Part shown: positions 23,506 to 38,138 of the stretch, in pieces
How the letters are laid out: every line of letters begins with the position of its first letter
Numbering within the stretch: position 1 is the first letter of the stretch
NCBI GenBank assembly: GCA_043228905.1
Contig: JBHGNT010000016.1
Location: 17,112,001-17,176,000, forward strand
Direction: 5' to 3'
DNA from: Azolla caroliniana
Lineage: Eukaryota > Plantae > Polypodiophyta
DNA length: 64,000 nucleotides
Notes under the pieces: generated by a model
Seen by the model: only the letters and a program-made list of their open reading frames with translations
Databases searched by the model: none
What the model was told of the DNA's origin: nothing
Made by a program: the position numbers and the translations under genes

Positions 23506-25549
23506 TCTTGGGATTACTAGTATGAGGCTAGAGAGATTCACAACAAAATTCAATATAACACGAGAAATGGTTTTTTGGGGTGTGTTACCAAGATAGTGTG
23601 TTGCACGTTCTTTCTTATATACAAGTCTTCTCCTTACTTTTGGTTTGATTTTTGCATCCGGTTTAAATTCAAAAAAAGATGAGGAAAGAAAAAGTTATGG
23701 GAGGCTTTGCAACCAAAATATCATGACATGGGTATATAGAATTTCAAAAACATATCTCTCTTAGGATCATGTGATCCATCATGCATAGGTAATCAAATAA
23801 TCTACAACACATAAACACACACTCTCTATGTGGAAGGACTCGACACATCTCTAACAAACTCGTTCTACGTTATCTCTTGTCGTTGTCTTTTTCCACTTAG
23901 TTAATTGTTCTCAATTAATCTTTCCCTCTGGTCTCCCTCATGATGTGGTAGGATTTCCCCTCATGAAGAGTTCTATGTCATGATTTTGGTCCCTTACAAA
24001 CTTTTTATATACTTTGGACATTTGTCCGTATTCCATGATCATGATTTTGGTCTCTTGGCAACTTTTTATATGAACTTTTGGGTCCCTTGGAGGTCATATT
24101 TTGACATCCAAGGATGATGACAAAGCCTCCAAGGGAGGTCTCATCATCATACAATATCATAACATTTCACATGTAGCATGTATGTTTCGGTTTTATTATA
24201 ACATTCCACCTTATGGTCATTGTATTACCTCGTATGATACTATACATAATTATCATTAAGTGGCAACCATGCATGATGGCTTGGTGGTAAACATGCATAG
24301 GACTAAAGATAGTATATATAGGGATGGTGTCAATATCCTCAAAGCATTGTACTTCAATGCTAATTCCCAACTAACATGTTCAAAACCGTTAGTCTTGTTC
24401 TTTTTGAAAATAAATAAAAAACATTTTTGAATCCCCTTTATTTTTTGATTCAATATTGTTTCTTGGCTTCTCCCTTGATGAAGTAATCTTATGAAGCTTT
24501 CTTGTAGCAATGGAGTTGCTAATAAGCAAGAACACGTATGTGTTTTGCATGAGATGCATGGCCTCACAATCAAATTTGTGGAAATAGACCAAGAGATCAA
24601 CCCAAGGTTGCTTGCAAATTTATCAATGAGTGGAAGGAAGGCACAACAACATGATCGAGTTATCATGATGAGCCCACCAACTCAAAGTAGCTCTATCATA
24701 TGTGTGAAAACAAGCTTTAGGAATACAAGATCCCTTACGGAGCCAAAGGTCAACTTCCTATTGTCCCTTTAGTATAGGGACATGAAATCTTGGATACATA
24801 GGATATGTACATGCAACAATATTAATATGTAGAACTATAGGATCGACAAGTTGGGGCATAAGATGCAGATAATAAGGAAAATTATCTTATAGTGAATAAT
24901 GAATACCAAAGTATGGTATTTACCATACTTCGAGGGTGTTTACCATACTTGAATGATTGAAACATTCTCGAATCCGAATTCATGTATGGTACGTATGGTT
25001 CATACTATAATGTGAACTTTAGAGGGTTAAATCAAGGAAACACAAACATTTATATGATGTACCTCAATTGGTAAGGGTTTTTCTTGGAATGGAATGGTCA
25101 ACTGTTCCAATCTTGCGGAAGCAATATTGAACCTTCAATGGGTCACATAAATAGATGGACATGATGAACGACAACAAATTTTTTATTTGGAAGAGTAGCT
25201 CTAGGAGCCTATAATAGGGACAAGAAAGCTCATTGTCAAGGATCTCAATTTGGTACTAGGTGGAACAATTGTCGAAATTTTACTTGAGCTTAGGATTGCA
25301 AATGAAGAGGGCGCTTAATACTGACGAAGACAGCCTTCAAGTAGCCCTTTCGACGTGGAAAGGGCTTTTTCCTAAAGGCCCCCCCTTTGAGCATTTAAAG
25401 CTCGAAGGTTTCCTCTTGCTTTGCAGAAACCTCTGTTCGAGCTTTCCTCTTACTTCAAGGAAAACCATGCTTCGAACTTTTCTCTTGGCTCACATTAATA
25501 TGCATACATACATACATCTAAACCCATGCACATAGTTTTCCTCAAGCGC

Positions 25550-26378
25550 AGTACTATGCTTTTTAAAAGTGGTATATACAAGATATAAGAGAGACCTTGG
25601 GGTTATTCGAGGAAATATAGATGGACTCGTTCCCGACTAGGGAGCGATTAAGAGAGCATGCAGGCATTACGATAATTGCGGACAATGGGATAACAAGTCG
25701 TCTCCTTCTATAGTAGCTCCAAGCAAAGGAAGAGCTCGATAGTGCAAATGATAATAGGATGGAAGAATCCTATGGATGAGAGGACAAGCATGCATTGCAG
25801 AGGATATATGACAAAACTATGTAACCCTAATCGAAGAGAAAAGAAAAAGATCAGACGAACAAGTTGGGCCCTCTAAGAAGCATGACACCCAAGAGGCTGC
25901 CCAAAGAAGAGAAGAACTGATAATAGCCCCTATGTAAGAGGAAAAGAAAGAGTTGGTTCGACCAAGCTTTCTTGAAGATAGAACCAACCACGGATCTGAA
26001 ATGGTTGATGGAAAAGTAGGTCTTAGAAAATCAGCTGGATTTCACCCTATGAGAAATCTTAGGACTACGACGGAGTTGCATGACAACTACAATTGAGACC
26101 CCAGTTTAGATTGGGGATGTGAAAGAACTCTTGGTGGCATTGATTGACCACGACTCTAAAATCAATCTCATGTTTTTAGACTTCTGCTAGAGGGGATGAC
26201 AACCAGTCAAGACAAGACATGGGTGGAGGGTTGAGCGACCACAAGATCTACTGAAGAACTTCATGAATATTGCCCAAATGTGCAAGTAGAGGTTGACAAT
26301 ACCAAATTGGACCAATATTTCGTTGGTATAAGAGTCAACATCACATTCAGGCGATTCTCAAAGAGCCATACATTACGG
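25550..26378 (+). pseudogene. Old Gypsy element (left half: gag end and protease), same lineage as the minus-strand element inserted into it
   Basis: Degenerate ETPV...LVALIDHDSKINLM...KTRHGWRV...CPNVQV...EPYIT matches the 30918-31601 protease ORF. Left boundary approximate. Confidence 0.7.
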
Positions 26379-27499
26379 TGTTGTGAAAATCTGTCACTAT
26401 GTGCGGATCGCGAGGCGGAACCGCCGGGGTTCTGGACTAGAAGGATTTAGTGCAACACGTACAACACAAGAAAAATTCACATATAAGACGAGTAGATTAG
26501 AGAAAACGTTCGTTTATTGCATCAGAAAATAGATTCTTTTATAATTCAAGAATCTTGTTACAACGGGTTGGAGATGAAAATGAGAGATAAATTTTTTAAA
26601 GAAAGGAGCCAACAACCATATAAGGAGTGGTCCAATATGAATATATGAGATTATTCTTGAAAGGAAGGAGCCAACAACCATGTAAGGAGTGGTCCGATAT
26701 CAATATGGGAGAGAGAAGAAGAAGGGAAAAAAAATAGAGGGAAAAAATGGAACATATATCGAGCTCTTTGTTGATCCTCCTTCCCAATGTTACTTTGCAT
26801 GTCCACTTTTAGTTGCATGGCCTCTATTTTTAGTTGCATGGCCTCTACTTTTAGTTGCATGCTTCCATTTTTAGTTGTATACCTTTTACTTTTAGTTGCA
26901 TGCAACCGTTCGTATAAATTGGCCAAATGACCCAATCACCATAAAGTTTAGCCCGTGCGCAATCCGTATGTGTGTCGCAACCAAACTGTAGACGCGCTCG
27001 CGCGCAAAAGTCCCGACCGCGCCGTGTATGAAAATGTTCACACGACCGTGCACGCGTACGCCCGAAACTTGCACACGTGCGTATGTCCAAAAAAGTGCAC
27101 ACGCACATGCGTACGCCCAAAGCGTCAACACAACCATGCATACACGCATACACACAAAGCATGCACACCACACAATGTAGCCCAAGTCACCTTGAACATT
27201 CTATGCTCCACACATTGATAGAATGAATATGTTTTGGTTTCCATTATATATCCTGGGTTCTAATGTTTTCCTATCTATGTGGGATATCTCACAATTTGTC
27301 TTTTCTTCTTTTTTCTTCAAACTTCACACTCACATAACTTGATATTTATCCATTTTATGCGTAGTAAAATATGTTATGAAGCTCTTGAAGACATCTATCT
27401 TTAAGCTAATCTTAAATAATTGTTTTACTAGTTTTCATATCGTGTATGAAAAACCACACGACATTTACCCCCACCAAACCTGAACATCCACCGGTATAT

Positions 27500-30400
27500 G
27501 CCAATTGTGGTGAGGTTCCTCTTTTAATTACTCTTTTTCAACTTCGATGTTCGAGGCTAAATCATCCAGAGCTTCAATCTCAAGATTTGGGGCCTCTCTT
27601 CTCTTAAAGATCTTGATTCTTTTTCCTGCAATTGGCAAAGCAAGTCGAGTTCCATCTAACTCCGCTAAAAAATAGGTTGCATTGCTTTCTATTTTCTTGA
27701 CCATATACGGGCCAAACCATCGTTTTGCGAACTTTCAAGCAGTGCTATATTGATTATCGAGACTAGTATCATAGACAAGAACCCAATCTCCTTCTTCAAT
27801 TTTTCTTTGTCGAAGACGATGCTTTCTATCAAAATTCTCCTTGTTCTTCAATCGAGCTTGACGCAACCGTTGTATTGCCAACTCGACATCTTCGGGCGTC
27901 CGTTCTAGTTGTTGAATCCTTGTGGCTAGCAAGTCTTCCCCACTCATTTCCTCTTGCCATGGCAAAGATGTCCACGAAGCAACACTTTGCTCGATAAGCA
28001 TTATTGGTTTTTGCCCTAATATGAGTTCGGTTGGCATATATCCTGTAGTCATGTTATGTGTAGTTCTATCAACCCACAATGTATAAGGTAGTAATCGTGG
28101 CCAATTCCCCATCTTGCCGTCGCAAGCCTTTGCTAGAGCTTTTACAATCGGACTATGTCCTCGTTCCACCTTCCCATTTGCGTCCGGGTTGTATGCCATG
28201 GTGAGTGATAGTTTGACGCCTATTCTTGAAAAGAATTCTTTAGCTTCATTTGCATCTAATTCTCCCCTATCAACTACTATTTTGCCATCACATCCGTATC
28301 GACAAATAACATCTTCAAGGAGAAACTTACAAACCGTTGAAGTTGTTTTATTCCTTAGCGCCTGTCCTTCTACTTGGTTGGTGAGATCCTCTCTTGCTAG
28401 CACGAGATACTTCATTTGCCCTAATCCCATCGACATAACCACTATGTCTACCAACCACTTATAGTGCATTGATAATGGATATGTCGGATGAAGTTCATCC
28501 CTATGTTGAATATTCGAGTATAATTGACATTGCTCACATGTTCCAACATAGCTTGCTACATCTTTGTAAACACCTAACCACCAATACTTCTCCTTGAGCT
28601 TTGCAAATGTTGCCCATATACCTCGATGACCTGCCCACACACTATCATGAAATTCAGCAATTAGTGTTTGTTGATCTTGTTTCTTGCACACCACTCAAAG
28701 TGGAGTTCCATTCTTCTTTGGAAACTTCCATAGATGTCCTTCTTTGAGGAAGAACTTGTAGGTCTTCTTCCAAATTCGGTAGAAGTCTTCCTTTGAACAT
28801 GATTTATCCTTTGTAAGAGAGCTTAAGTACTTGCCAATTTCGATGAATTCACCCTCATAATCTTCTACTTTAAACACGGCAAGCACCCGTGCATAAGAAA
28901 CCGTAAAGAAGTTTAGGCCAACATCTTCTTCGTCGGAGTGCAAATCTTCTTCACCCTCATACCTTGCCCTTCATAACATATCGGCCACCACATTATGCTT
29001 CCCATTTATATGTCGAATCTCGGGGTTGAGGGGCTTGATATAGGCAATCCATCGTAGCATAGCAATATCCGGTGTAGCACAACCGGATATCATTCCAAGA
29101 ATAGGTAGACAATCAGTCTCGATTATGACCTCTATTCCGATAAGGTAGTCACAATCGGTTTTAACCGCGGATACTATTCCCCATAGCTCTCTCTTTACTT
29201 GGGCATACTTCCTTTGTCTTTCGGTTAACACCTTTAAACCGAATTGGATTGCATACCGATTCTTTTCTTTGTCTTCTTGGTTTATCACCCATCCAATTCC
29301 GGTTGGGCTCGTATCCACCGTCACATATATCGGGGTACCTTCGGTGTAGTCGGCTTTTCATAGTGCCGGAGCTTCCAATAATAGTTTGTTTAGCTTTTGA
29401 ACCGCGTAGGTATGCTCATCTTCCCATTCAAAATTCTTCCTTTTCTTTAGTAATCCATACAATGGTTCAACGACATGAGCATAATGTGGAATCCATATGT
29501 GATAGAATGCACATGGTCCCAAGAATCTTCGCACCTATGTTTGAGACACACATTCTTCTTTCATCACTTGAATTGCGTTTACCTTGGATGGAGATGGCTT
29601 CCGGCCATAAGACCCACATAAGTGTCCTACTACCAATATTTCTGGTTGACCGAATGCAAACTTCTCTCCCGAAAATGTGAGATTTGCATCCTCAAGCTTT
29701 TGCAACACCTTCTCGCTATCCTTTATATGATCGATGACGAATCTTCAGCAACCATCTTCATCTTTCGATTCATCTTTTTCTTCCACAAGCATCCTTTGAT
29801 TGGAATATCATCTAAGAAGGGCATTGTGATATCAGGGATACAATCCCTCAACACTTTGTTCATGGAATTCACCATGTGGGCTCATTGTCGTTATGTCTCT
29901 ACTATCGACGACCAATTGAAATTGATCATAGCCCGAGTAGAGATCACCAATGGAATAGATCGATCTTCCCACGAAGGCTTCGGCAAATTCATCCACACTT
30001 GGACCAATTCCTGCATTTCGGATCGTCACCTTGTTGACGGGTTGGAGATCTTGAATAAAGTGTAAGGACCCGTTCTTCTTCGGCACTGTAAACCATCTAT
30101 TGGAGTAGGGAGCATTGGACGGCTCAAGTATTCCCATCCTAACCTTTTCCTTTAGAAGCTCAATCAACTTCGGAATGTGAACTCTTGGAACCGGTATCGG
30201 CTTGAGGTTCCAAGGTACATGCGGCACCGTAAAAATCACCATCGGCTCTATCATCTTCGGGTCGGCACATCCGATCTCTTGTGGAGAGAAGGCAAAGGCT
30301 TTCCCATGTCTCTCTAGCATTCCGCGGAACATACTCTCCTCTTCAGGGAGAAGGAAATCTTCCCTTCCAACTTGTAGCTTTCCTTTCGTCTCTTTGGTGA

Positions 30401-31990
30401 AGACATGACCTATTGCCTTTGGATCCCTTAAGCTCGGATCATTAGCAACTTCCTTCATCTTCTGCAAGCTTGGCTTGATCTTCTTATCCAATTGCAACTG
30501 GCTTGATCTTCTTATCCACCGTTTTATATTTTGTGTTGACTTTAGCTTCCTCCATCAAGATGCCTCGATGATATTCATCGATGATAGCGTACATGTTGAG
30601 GGAGTTAACCGAAATCACATTTTGATCGTGAGGGTAGCTCAAGTCCATGATTTCCTCGATTTCGCCGATGGTGTCGTTAAATGAGGCTTCCTCTAGAATA
30701 TGAGACACGAATTCTTCTTTTTGGATTATGCTTTCTTCTTTCAACATCTTCTCGAAGTCTTGTATCCGACGCTTGTCCTTCTTGTTGAGTAGTGTTAGTT
30801 TACATGCGCCACTAGGTGTCACACATGTTGCTTCTCCTTGCGATCCACTTATTTTGCTTCCTTGTGGGGACTTATGATTGCTCGGACTATTTGTGCCCCA
30901 CACTTCAATAGTCCGCTCTAAAAATCCGAGGATTCGCCTCCAAGGCTATCTCGGTTCCTTTCGTGATTAGCCCGCATCGTAAGGAATTGAATAGATCTTT
31001 GATTGTCAAGGCTCTTGACTCGCGCGAAGGCCGCTCCATTATTGAACACCTTAGTCTCCATCCGAGACGATGTGATATATGGTTGTCCTAGGATGACGGA
31101 ATGTGAAGCCGAGTCTTGCACGAAGAAGTGTTGATCCATCTCCACATCTCCGAACGTGACTTTAACATTGGGGCGAGCTCCGTACAGGTCTTCTGTGGCC
31201 TTCGTTGTTGCTCGTATCTTCCATCCGTGGTTTGTGTTGATCGGCCATCTTCCTTTCTTGTAGAATTCGGTCGACATGAGGTTGATCTCCGAACCATGGT
31301 CAATCAAGGCTACCACGGTCTCTTTCTTCTCTCCGATCTTCACTGGCGTCTCCATTGTCGCTCTTGCCCAATGAGGCCGAGAGTAATGGCTGTCCGCCAT
31401 CACTTCTTCTTCCTCCTCCTCTTCTGATCTTGCCATGGTTATGGCACTTGTTTTCACCTCCTCTTCATCCGATTGTTGCCGCTTTCGCTTAATCAAGTCC
31501 ACGATAGTATCGTGGAACTCCTTCTTAGCGATCCCAAGTAGCTCTCTCAAAGTAAGGTCGACATGACTGTCTAAAACCTTCTCCTCAAAGACCTTCCACA
31601 AATCGGTTGTTTGTTCTATGTCCGACCTTAGCTTGTAAGTCAGCGCCGCTCATTCTTTTCCTTTCTTCATAGATTCATCGACTTCCATCCGAGAAGGTTG
31701 GCTCGATCCACCAGGCTTCATGCTTGTTTCTCCTATCTCTTTTCATGGCATAGGTTGGGCTTGTCCTTCTTTCCCTACATTCCTCGTATTGTGAGGCTTT
31801 GATGTGCCATCTTCTTCACCGGTTCTTTTCCTCTTCTCTTCAACAAGAGCTTCATAGTTGTCACGCACAACCTCCGCAAAGCTCGTGTTATCGTCAACTG
31901 GATCCGACCATTCGGTAACTCGTCGCACATTCCGATTAGCATGTTTTAGATCCTCCAAATCTATTTTTCCTTTCTTTTCGCACTCGAATA
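27500..31990 (-). pseudogene. pol (PR-RT-RH-INT) of the minus-strand Gypsy, disrupted
   Basis: ALIDHGSEIN; PHVPWNLKPIP...YSNRWFTVPKKNGSLHFIQDLQPVN...DLYSGYDQ; TVDTSPTGIG...KRELWG...ETDCLP; FHDSVWAGHRG...C..CQ...DRGE...NGKVERGH. Confidence 0.9.
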
Positions 31991-32449
31991 TGTTGTCCAG
32001 AGGACAGAAATGTAAAATTAGGAAATTAGCAGACGCCGAGTCCGAGTGTCACGGGCCACCAAGGGCTCGGCTGTGTGTAAGGGGAAAAGTTATTTAAACG
32101 AGGAACAGTACCTCAGAAAAGGGGAGAAGAAAATTATAGGCGGAAGCACTAGCTTAGTCATTCGAATTAGATAAACTTGTAAGGTCACTGGCCAGAGGCC
32201 GTGTTCTGTAATCCTTTCTGCCATAGTAATACATCTTATTTGTGCCTATTTTGGTTGCATGATTCTGTGTTTCGATCTATACCTATGAGTTTCACGCCGC
32301 CATGTCTATCAAAACCTCGTTAGTGTTTTCTCTCTGAACCCTGTATCTCTCTCAACGCCTCTGTACGAGCCTTCACGTACCACGCCCTTGAAGACCGATA
32401 GTCGCAGATCTATCGAAGGTGTTCGCCCAAAGGAACGGGTAACACAATT

Positions 32450-32462
32450 TGGCACGCCCGGT
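32450..32462 (+). promoter_or_regulatory. Primer binding site, tRNA-Arg(TCT)-type
   Basis: TGGCACGCCCGGT matches the recalled complement of a plant tRNA-Arg 3' end (TGGCACGCCCGGTGGGAC) over 13 nt. Confidence 0.75.
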
Positions 32463-32533
32463 TACAGCTGTGAGTGCACAGCGAACTTCGTTGAAGGTAA
32501 CCACCAGCCGCCGTTACGACGCCCTCTCGCACC

Positions 32534-35500
32534 ATGAGGTCTCGGCCACCTGCCCGACGCCCTGAGCCAGTCGAAGGAACTTCCGACTCGGCGGTCACTA
32601 ACCAATCCTTTCCCGATCAATTGGGGGCTTGTCCAGTGCAATCCTCGCCACCGGACACTCGATCGCGAGTGGATTCACCACCAGAGCCCCCGTCGAGCCC
32701 TCCGGAGGTCAATCAACCGGAACCAAACCCTTTTCCGGTGCTACCAGAAGAACCACAGTACGACATCATGCCGTACCCATACCCACGATATGCCGACGGA
32801 CCTGACGCGGAGTCACACGTCCGTGCCTTCATATCCACGTGGCAGGCTAACCACTCCACGCACCGCCTCACACCGGCCGAAATCGATGCATCGAAGATTG
32901 CCGAGTTCACACTCTCCCTCGAAGGACCGGCCGCACGATAGTACTCTCGTCTCGAAATAGGAGAGGCCACCACTTTCCAAATCGTGCGCACAAAGTTCCT
33001 TGAACTTTTTCATCGCGAGGTGCCTAAACGGGAACTGCTACGACAATTCTTCTCTATATGCCAGGAAACACACGAAACGGTCGCCCAGTTCACAATCCGG
33101 TTCCAGGACCTCTACAGACAAGTGGCCGATGATGTCTCGGCACAACATATACCGGACACTTTCCTATCCAGTTTACGAGAGCCTCTACGAATGACTCTCG
33201 CACTTACAAATTTCGCCAACCATACTATCGAACAAGTCATAGCGCGCGTTCTCGCCCTCGATCGGAACCAGCACGGCACGGCCTTATCGATGACATCCTT
33301 GCAAACCACTCTTCCCCAAGAGGACAATCGCTTTCGCCAAGCCCTCCAATGCACTGCGTGTTCAGGATCAGGGCACCTAGCCCTCGAATGTCCCCACCGA
33401 CCACAGTGTCCGATCTGTCAGTCTCGAGCTCACATGGTCGAGCAATGCGAATATAATATGCTGAACCACACAGCGGCAACACCGGTCCGCCAGATCGAGC
33501 CACGCAATACATACTCTCGGCAGGACGAGCGATACATCTACCACGACCAAGATAAGGACCAACCGCGATCCCCGGATCGATGGCGCCGAAACGACGACTA
33601 CCAACGTGATAATCGTCGTGATTATTATCACGATGCCCGGCACGACGATTATGCTCGGTACGATGACGATCGCGATGATCGGTATGACCGAAGGAACTCA
33701 CACATGGATCGGCGAAACGGCAATCGTAACACACGCAACAACAGAAGACCTAATCACAACCGCCGACGGGACGCTCCTCAACAGAACCAACGCAACTCCA
33801 ACACACCTCGGAACAACCCTTCACTAAACGAGACCAAGGATCCACAACAACAGCTTCCACTTACAGACCGAGCAGACACCAGTAGCTCGGCCAACGTGAC
33901 ATGTTTTAAATGTAACCAACCAGGCCACTACGCCACGCAATGTCCGACAACCAACCGTGGCAAGGCACCCGCGGTAAACAGTATCATGGCCGATGTGCAA
34001 ACGGTCACTACCCAGAGTAAAGCTCAACCTACTCAGTGGCAAATCCAGGATGAAGTACGACAGGCAGCAAAAGAATGGGTCGACACGGCCAATAAAATAA
34101 TGCCGCACGCATGCAAATTGACATGAGGGACGGGCCCAGTGAAGTACAACACACCTCGGCCCCACCCACGTTGTCGGAGGACGACCAACTATGGGATGTG
34201 CTTACCAATTCCCGCATCTCGCTGCCCCTACATAAACTGCTACCACTCATGCCGAGATTTCGGGACACCCTGGCGGCACTACAAGCCAATACTAAGACCG
34301 AGACACTACCGGTACACCTCATCGACGCAGGTACCGGTCCACCACTCATGGATTCTCAAAACCCAGTCGTGCGAATCATCATTAAGGGACAAGACCTGCA
34401 AGGATGCATCATCGACGGCGGGTCCGGTGTAAACGTTATTAGCGAATCAACGTGTCTCAAACTCGGCCTGAATGAATGGGAACCATGCCCCTTTTGGCTT
34501 CGGATGGCCGACACCCGCTCCGTTCGCCCCATTGGTTTAATCCGCCATCTCGACTTCACACTCGGAGGACACATGTTCACAATCTCGGCCGTCGTGCTAC
34601 GACTGGAGACACAAGGCGCCTACCCAATGTTACTAGGTCGACCGTGGTTGCATACAACGAATATCAAGCAACATTGGCAACGCAACATGATCTCATTCCG
34701 AAAAGGGAAGACAAAAGTCCAGATCATCACTGAAGAACGAGTCCCCGTCGCCCTCAACACTTCGCCGTTATACGCGGAAGGAGTCCATATACTCGACGGA
34801 TTGGCCGATGCGGAGGTCGATGACTTCCTAGATGATCATCCCACGATCATTGCTCTCTTCGAAATCAATGCCTTACCAACCATCGAGCCATATAAAGACG
34901 AGGGAGTCACGGAGGAGTCACCACCCCAAGATGAACCCGATGCAACCACAGTGGCCGAGCTACGTCATGCTTGGGAGGCTTTCGAACGCGAACTCGCCGT
35001 TTCACAACGAGTGAAAGCATCAACCCTGGAAACAATAAACCTTGGTTCGGACGAGAATCCCCGTACGGTACAAATTGCCAATAATCTACCAACCAGTGAA
35101 CAGGCATGCCTCGTAAAATTACTCACCGACTACCAGGATGTTTTCGCTTGGTCTTACACCGATATGAAGGGGCTGGATCCTCAGTAATACCAACATCAAA
35201 TTCACATCTTACCCGACACTCGGCCGGTTCAGCAGAGGCGCTACAGGATGAACCCCAACTACGCCGCTAAAGTCAAAGAGGAAATTGACAAGTTACTCCG
35301 AGTGGGCTTCATTCGCCCTGTTAAACGGGCTACATGGTTGAGCCCGATCGTAGTGGTCCCCAAGAAGAACGGAAAAATCCGCGTCTGTGTCGACTATCGG
35401 AAGCTTAACGCGGCAACCGTCACCGACGGTTTCCCTCTCCCATTCACGGATAGCGTCCTCGACACGGTAGCCGGCCACCAATGCTACAGTTTCCTCGACG

Positions 35501-37905
35501 GGTTCAGCGGCTATAACCAGATAAGAATGCACCCGGAGGATCAGGAGAAAACCGCTTTCGTCACGGAATGGGGTGTGTTTGTAGCAGAAGTTGTGATGTT
35601 CGGTCTAAAAACAACACTGGCTACGTTCCAGTGCATCATCACCGAAATCTTTCATGACTACATTCCGGCGTTCATGCAAGTTTTTCTCGACGATTTCGCC
35701 GTGTATGGCCATCGACGGGAACACATGACCCAGTTACGACTCTGCCTGGACCGATGTCGCCAAGCTCGATTGAGTTTAAACTCGGCGAAATGCGCATTCT
35801 TAGTCATCAGCGGCAACCTTCTCGGCCACATTGTTAGTCAAGAAGGCATTGCTATGGACCCGGATAAAGTAAAGGCAATTCTGGAGGCCACCGCACCCTC
35901 GAACGCTAAGGCACTAAGCCGTTTTTTGGGACAGATCCGGTGGCACAGCCAAATGATACGACACCTGGCCGATTTCGCGACACCCTTACACGCGGCAGTC
36001 CATCGCCTTCCTTTCCAATGGACGTCAGTCGAGGACACGACTTATCAGACCCTCAAACGAATGCTGTCACATGCCCCGGTGGTCCAGTCTCCGGTTTGGT
36101 CCGAACCGTTTCATGTCTTCGTGGATGCTTCGGACATCGCCATCGGAAGTGCGCTAATGCAATGCACACCCCCGAATTGGTATAGGCTCGTATACTACGC
36201 CAGCCGACGGCTCTCGACTGCGGAAAAGAATTACTCCACCACCGAGCGGGAGGCTCTCGGTATGATTTATAGCATCAATAAATTTAGGCACTATCTCTTG
36301 GGCGGAAAGTTTACCTTTCACGTGGATCACTCGGCCCTTCTTTATTTGGTCAATAAACAAGCCCTCACCGGCCGGTTGGCTCGATGGATGCTCCTACTAC
36401 AAGAGTTTGATTTTCAGATTCAACATCGACCCGGGGTACAACATGCCGTCGCCGACTACTTGAGCCGTCTTGAGTCAGGAGAACCAGCGAAAACAACGTA
36501 CGACGAGCTACCGGACGCCAACCTATTTAACCTGACCACGGTACCAGACGATAACGGAGATGAATGGATCATGGAGATGACCCATTTTCTCACTACCGGT
36601 GTACCTCCCGAGCACATGACCCTTGACATGAGAAAACGCCTAGCAGTGCGGAGCCGAAATTTTTGCCTCATCTCAGACATTCTCTACCACAAAGGCTCAG
36701 ACGGCATATGGCGCCGAGCGATTCGGCAGTTTGAGAAGAACGTTGTTCTTCAGGAAGCTCACCAGGGAGTATCTGGGGGACACTACGCCGGGGATTCTAC
36801 GACAAGGAAAGTTTGGCAAAGTGGATTATGGTGGCCGACAACAAAGAAAGACGCTCACGAGTTTTGCCGGCAGTGCGATTTGTGTCAACGTCTGGGGCAA
36901 CCAATGGAACGGTCACGGATGCCACACCAGCCGATTCTTCCGTTGGACCCATTTCAAAAATGGGGTTTGGATTTTGTCGGTCCTTTCAAACCACCCGCGG
37001 CCCGAACAGGGAATCGATATGTTATTGTGGCCACGGATTACTGCACCAAATGGGTCGAGGCTAAGGCACTCCGAGATAACACGGCGGCATCCACAGCTAA
37101 ATTTGTGTACGAGCACCTCTGGTGCCGTTACGGATGTCCAATCAAGCTCGTTAGTGACCAAGGTGGGCACTTCATCAATCATATAATACGTGAGCTTACA
37201 CACCACTACGCAGTGGTGCACAAGAAAAGCACACCATACTACCCGCAGGCGAACGGTTTGGCAGAATCGACAAATAAAATCCTCCAAACCATACTGAAGA
37301 AGATCGTCAATGAAAACAGGACCGATTTGGATGACAAACTCCAGAGCGCGTTGTGGGCGTATCGTACGGCCTTCAAAACAACCATCCAATCAACCCCCTT
37401 TCGAATGGCGTTCGGGTTAGAAGCTGTAATGCCTGTCGAGTTCCAAGTCCCGAGCCTTCGAGTTCAAGTCAAAGCACAGTTCCCCGAGGCCGAATCCGAA
37501 CAAAACCGGTTGGAACAACTCCTCGAACTCGGGGAAGATAGGATAGAGAGTATGGCCCAGCTCGAACACCGCCAACGGCAACGCAAGGCTTTCGTGGATC
37601 GACATCGACACGGGCTGGAGAAGGAGCTCACCATCGGCAAACCAGTCCTTCTTTTCCAAACACGACTCGGGTCAATGCCGGGAAAATTAAGATTTCGGTG
37701 GACCGGTCCATTCTGGATTATCGACGAGTTCAACGGGACGTTCCTGCTCGGCACACTCGCCGGCGACACGGTCAAAAGCTGGGCCAATGGGTTTCGGCTT
37801 AGACCCTATCGCGGGACTACACCACCCAACCCGTTTACCAAGCCACATGGCACCAACGAGACTCGGGAGATCACCACGGAGGACGCCACGGGTCCCCCTG
37901 AATAA
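32534..37905 (+). pseudogene. gag-pol of the nested Gypsy (stop 32939-32941, frameshift ~34095, stop 35185-35187; RT-RH-INT open over 35248-37905)
   Basis: Retrotransposon gag, CCHC knuckles (CTACSGSGHLALEC, CFKCNQPGHYATQC), PR IIDGGSGVN, RT FLDGFSGYNQ and FLDD, RH VDASD...TTEREAL...DH, INT H-H-C-C, WGLDFVGP, SDQG, NGLAE, GPF. Confidence 0.93.
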
Positions 37906-38138
37906 GGACTCGCCCACCTTCTGGAAATTAATAAAAGTAGCAATAGGTAGGATTAACCATAGTTTAAGCCACTGTTTAGCTACACCTACACCACCCACCT
38001 AGGCACCCCAATTTTAGGAGCACCCCTCGCCACCACTCAGTTAGTACCTATTTAAATTGTTCACACATGCAAACCACATGCAAGGCACACTAGAAGCACC
38101 CCACTCACCTTCAGGACACGTGGTGCTAGTCACTTATT

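Noticed and set aside
23695-24135. Partial inverted repeats (GGAGGCTTTG / CAAAGCCTCC, ATCATGACAT / ATGTCATGAT) upstream of the Hog gene
   Set aside because: Possibly a decayed MITE, but I could not define termini or a TSD.
34081-34126. Programmed gag-pol frameshift
   Set aside because: No clear slippery heptamer; a 1-nt deletion in an A-run explains it more simply in an element that has other lesions.
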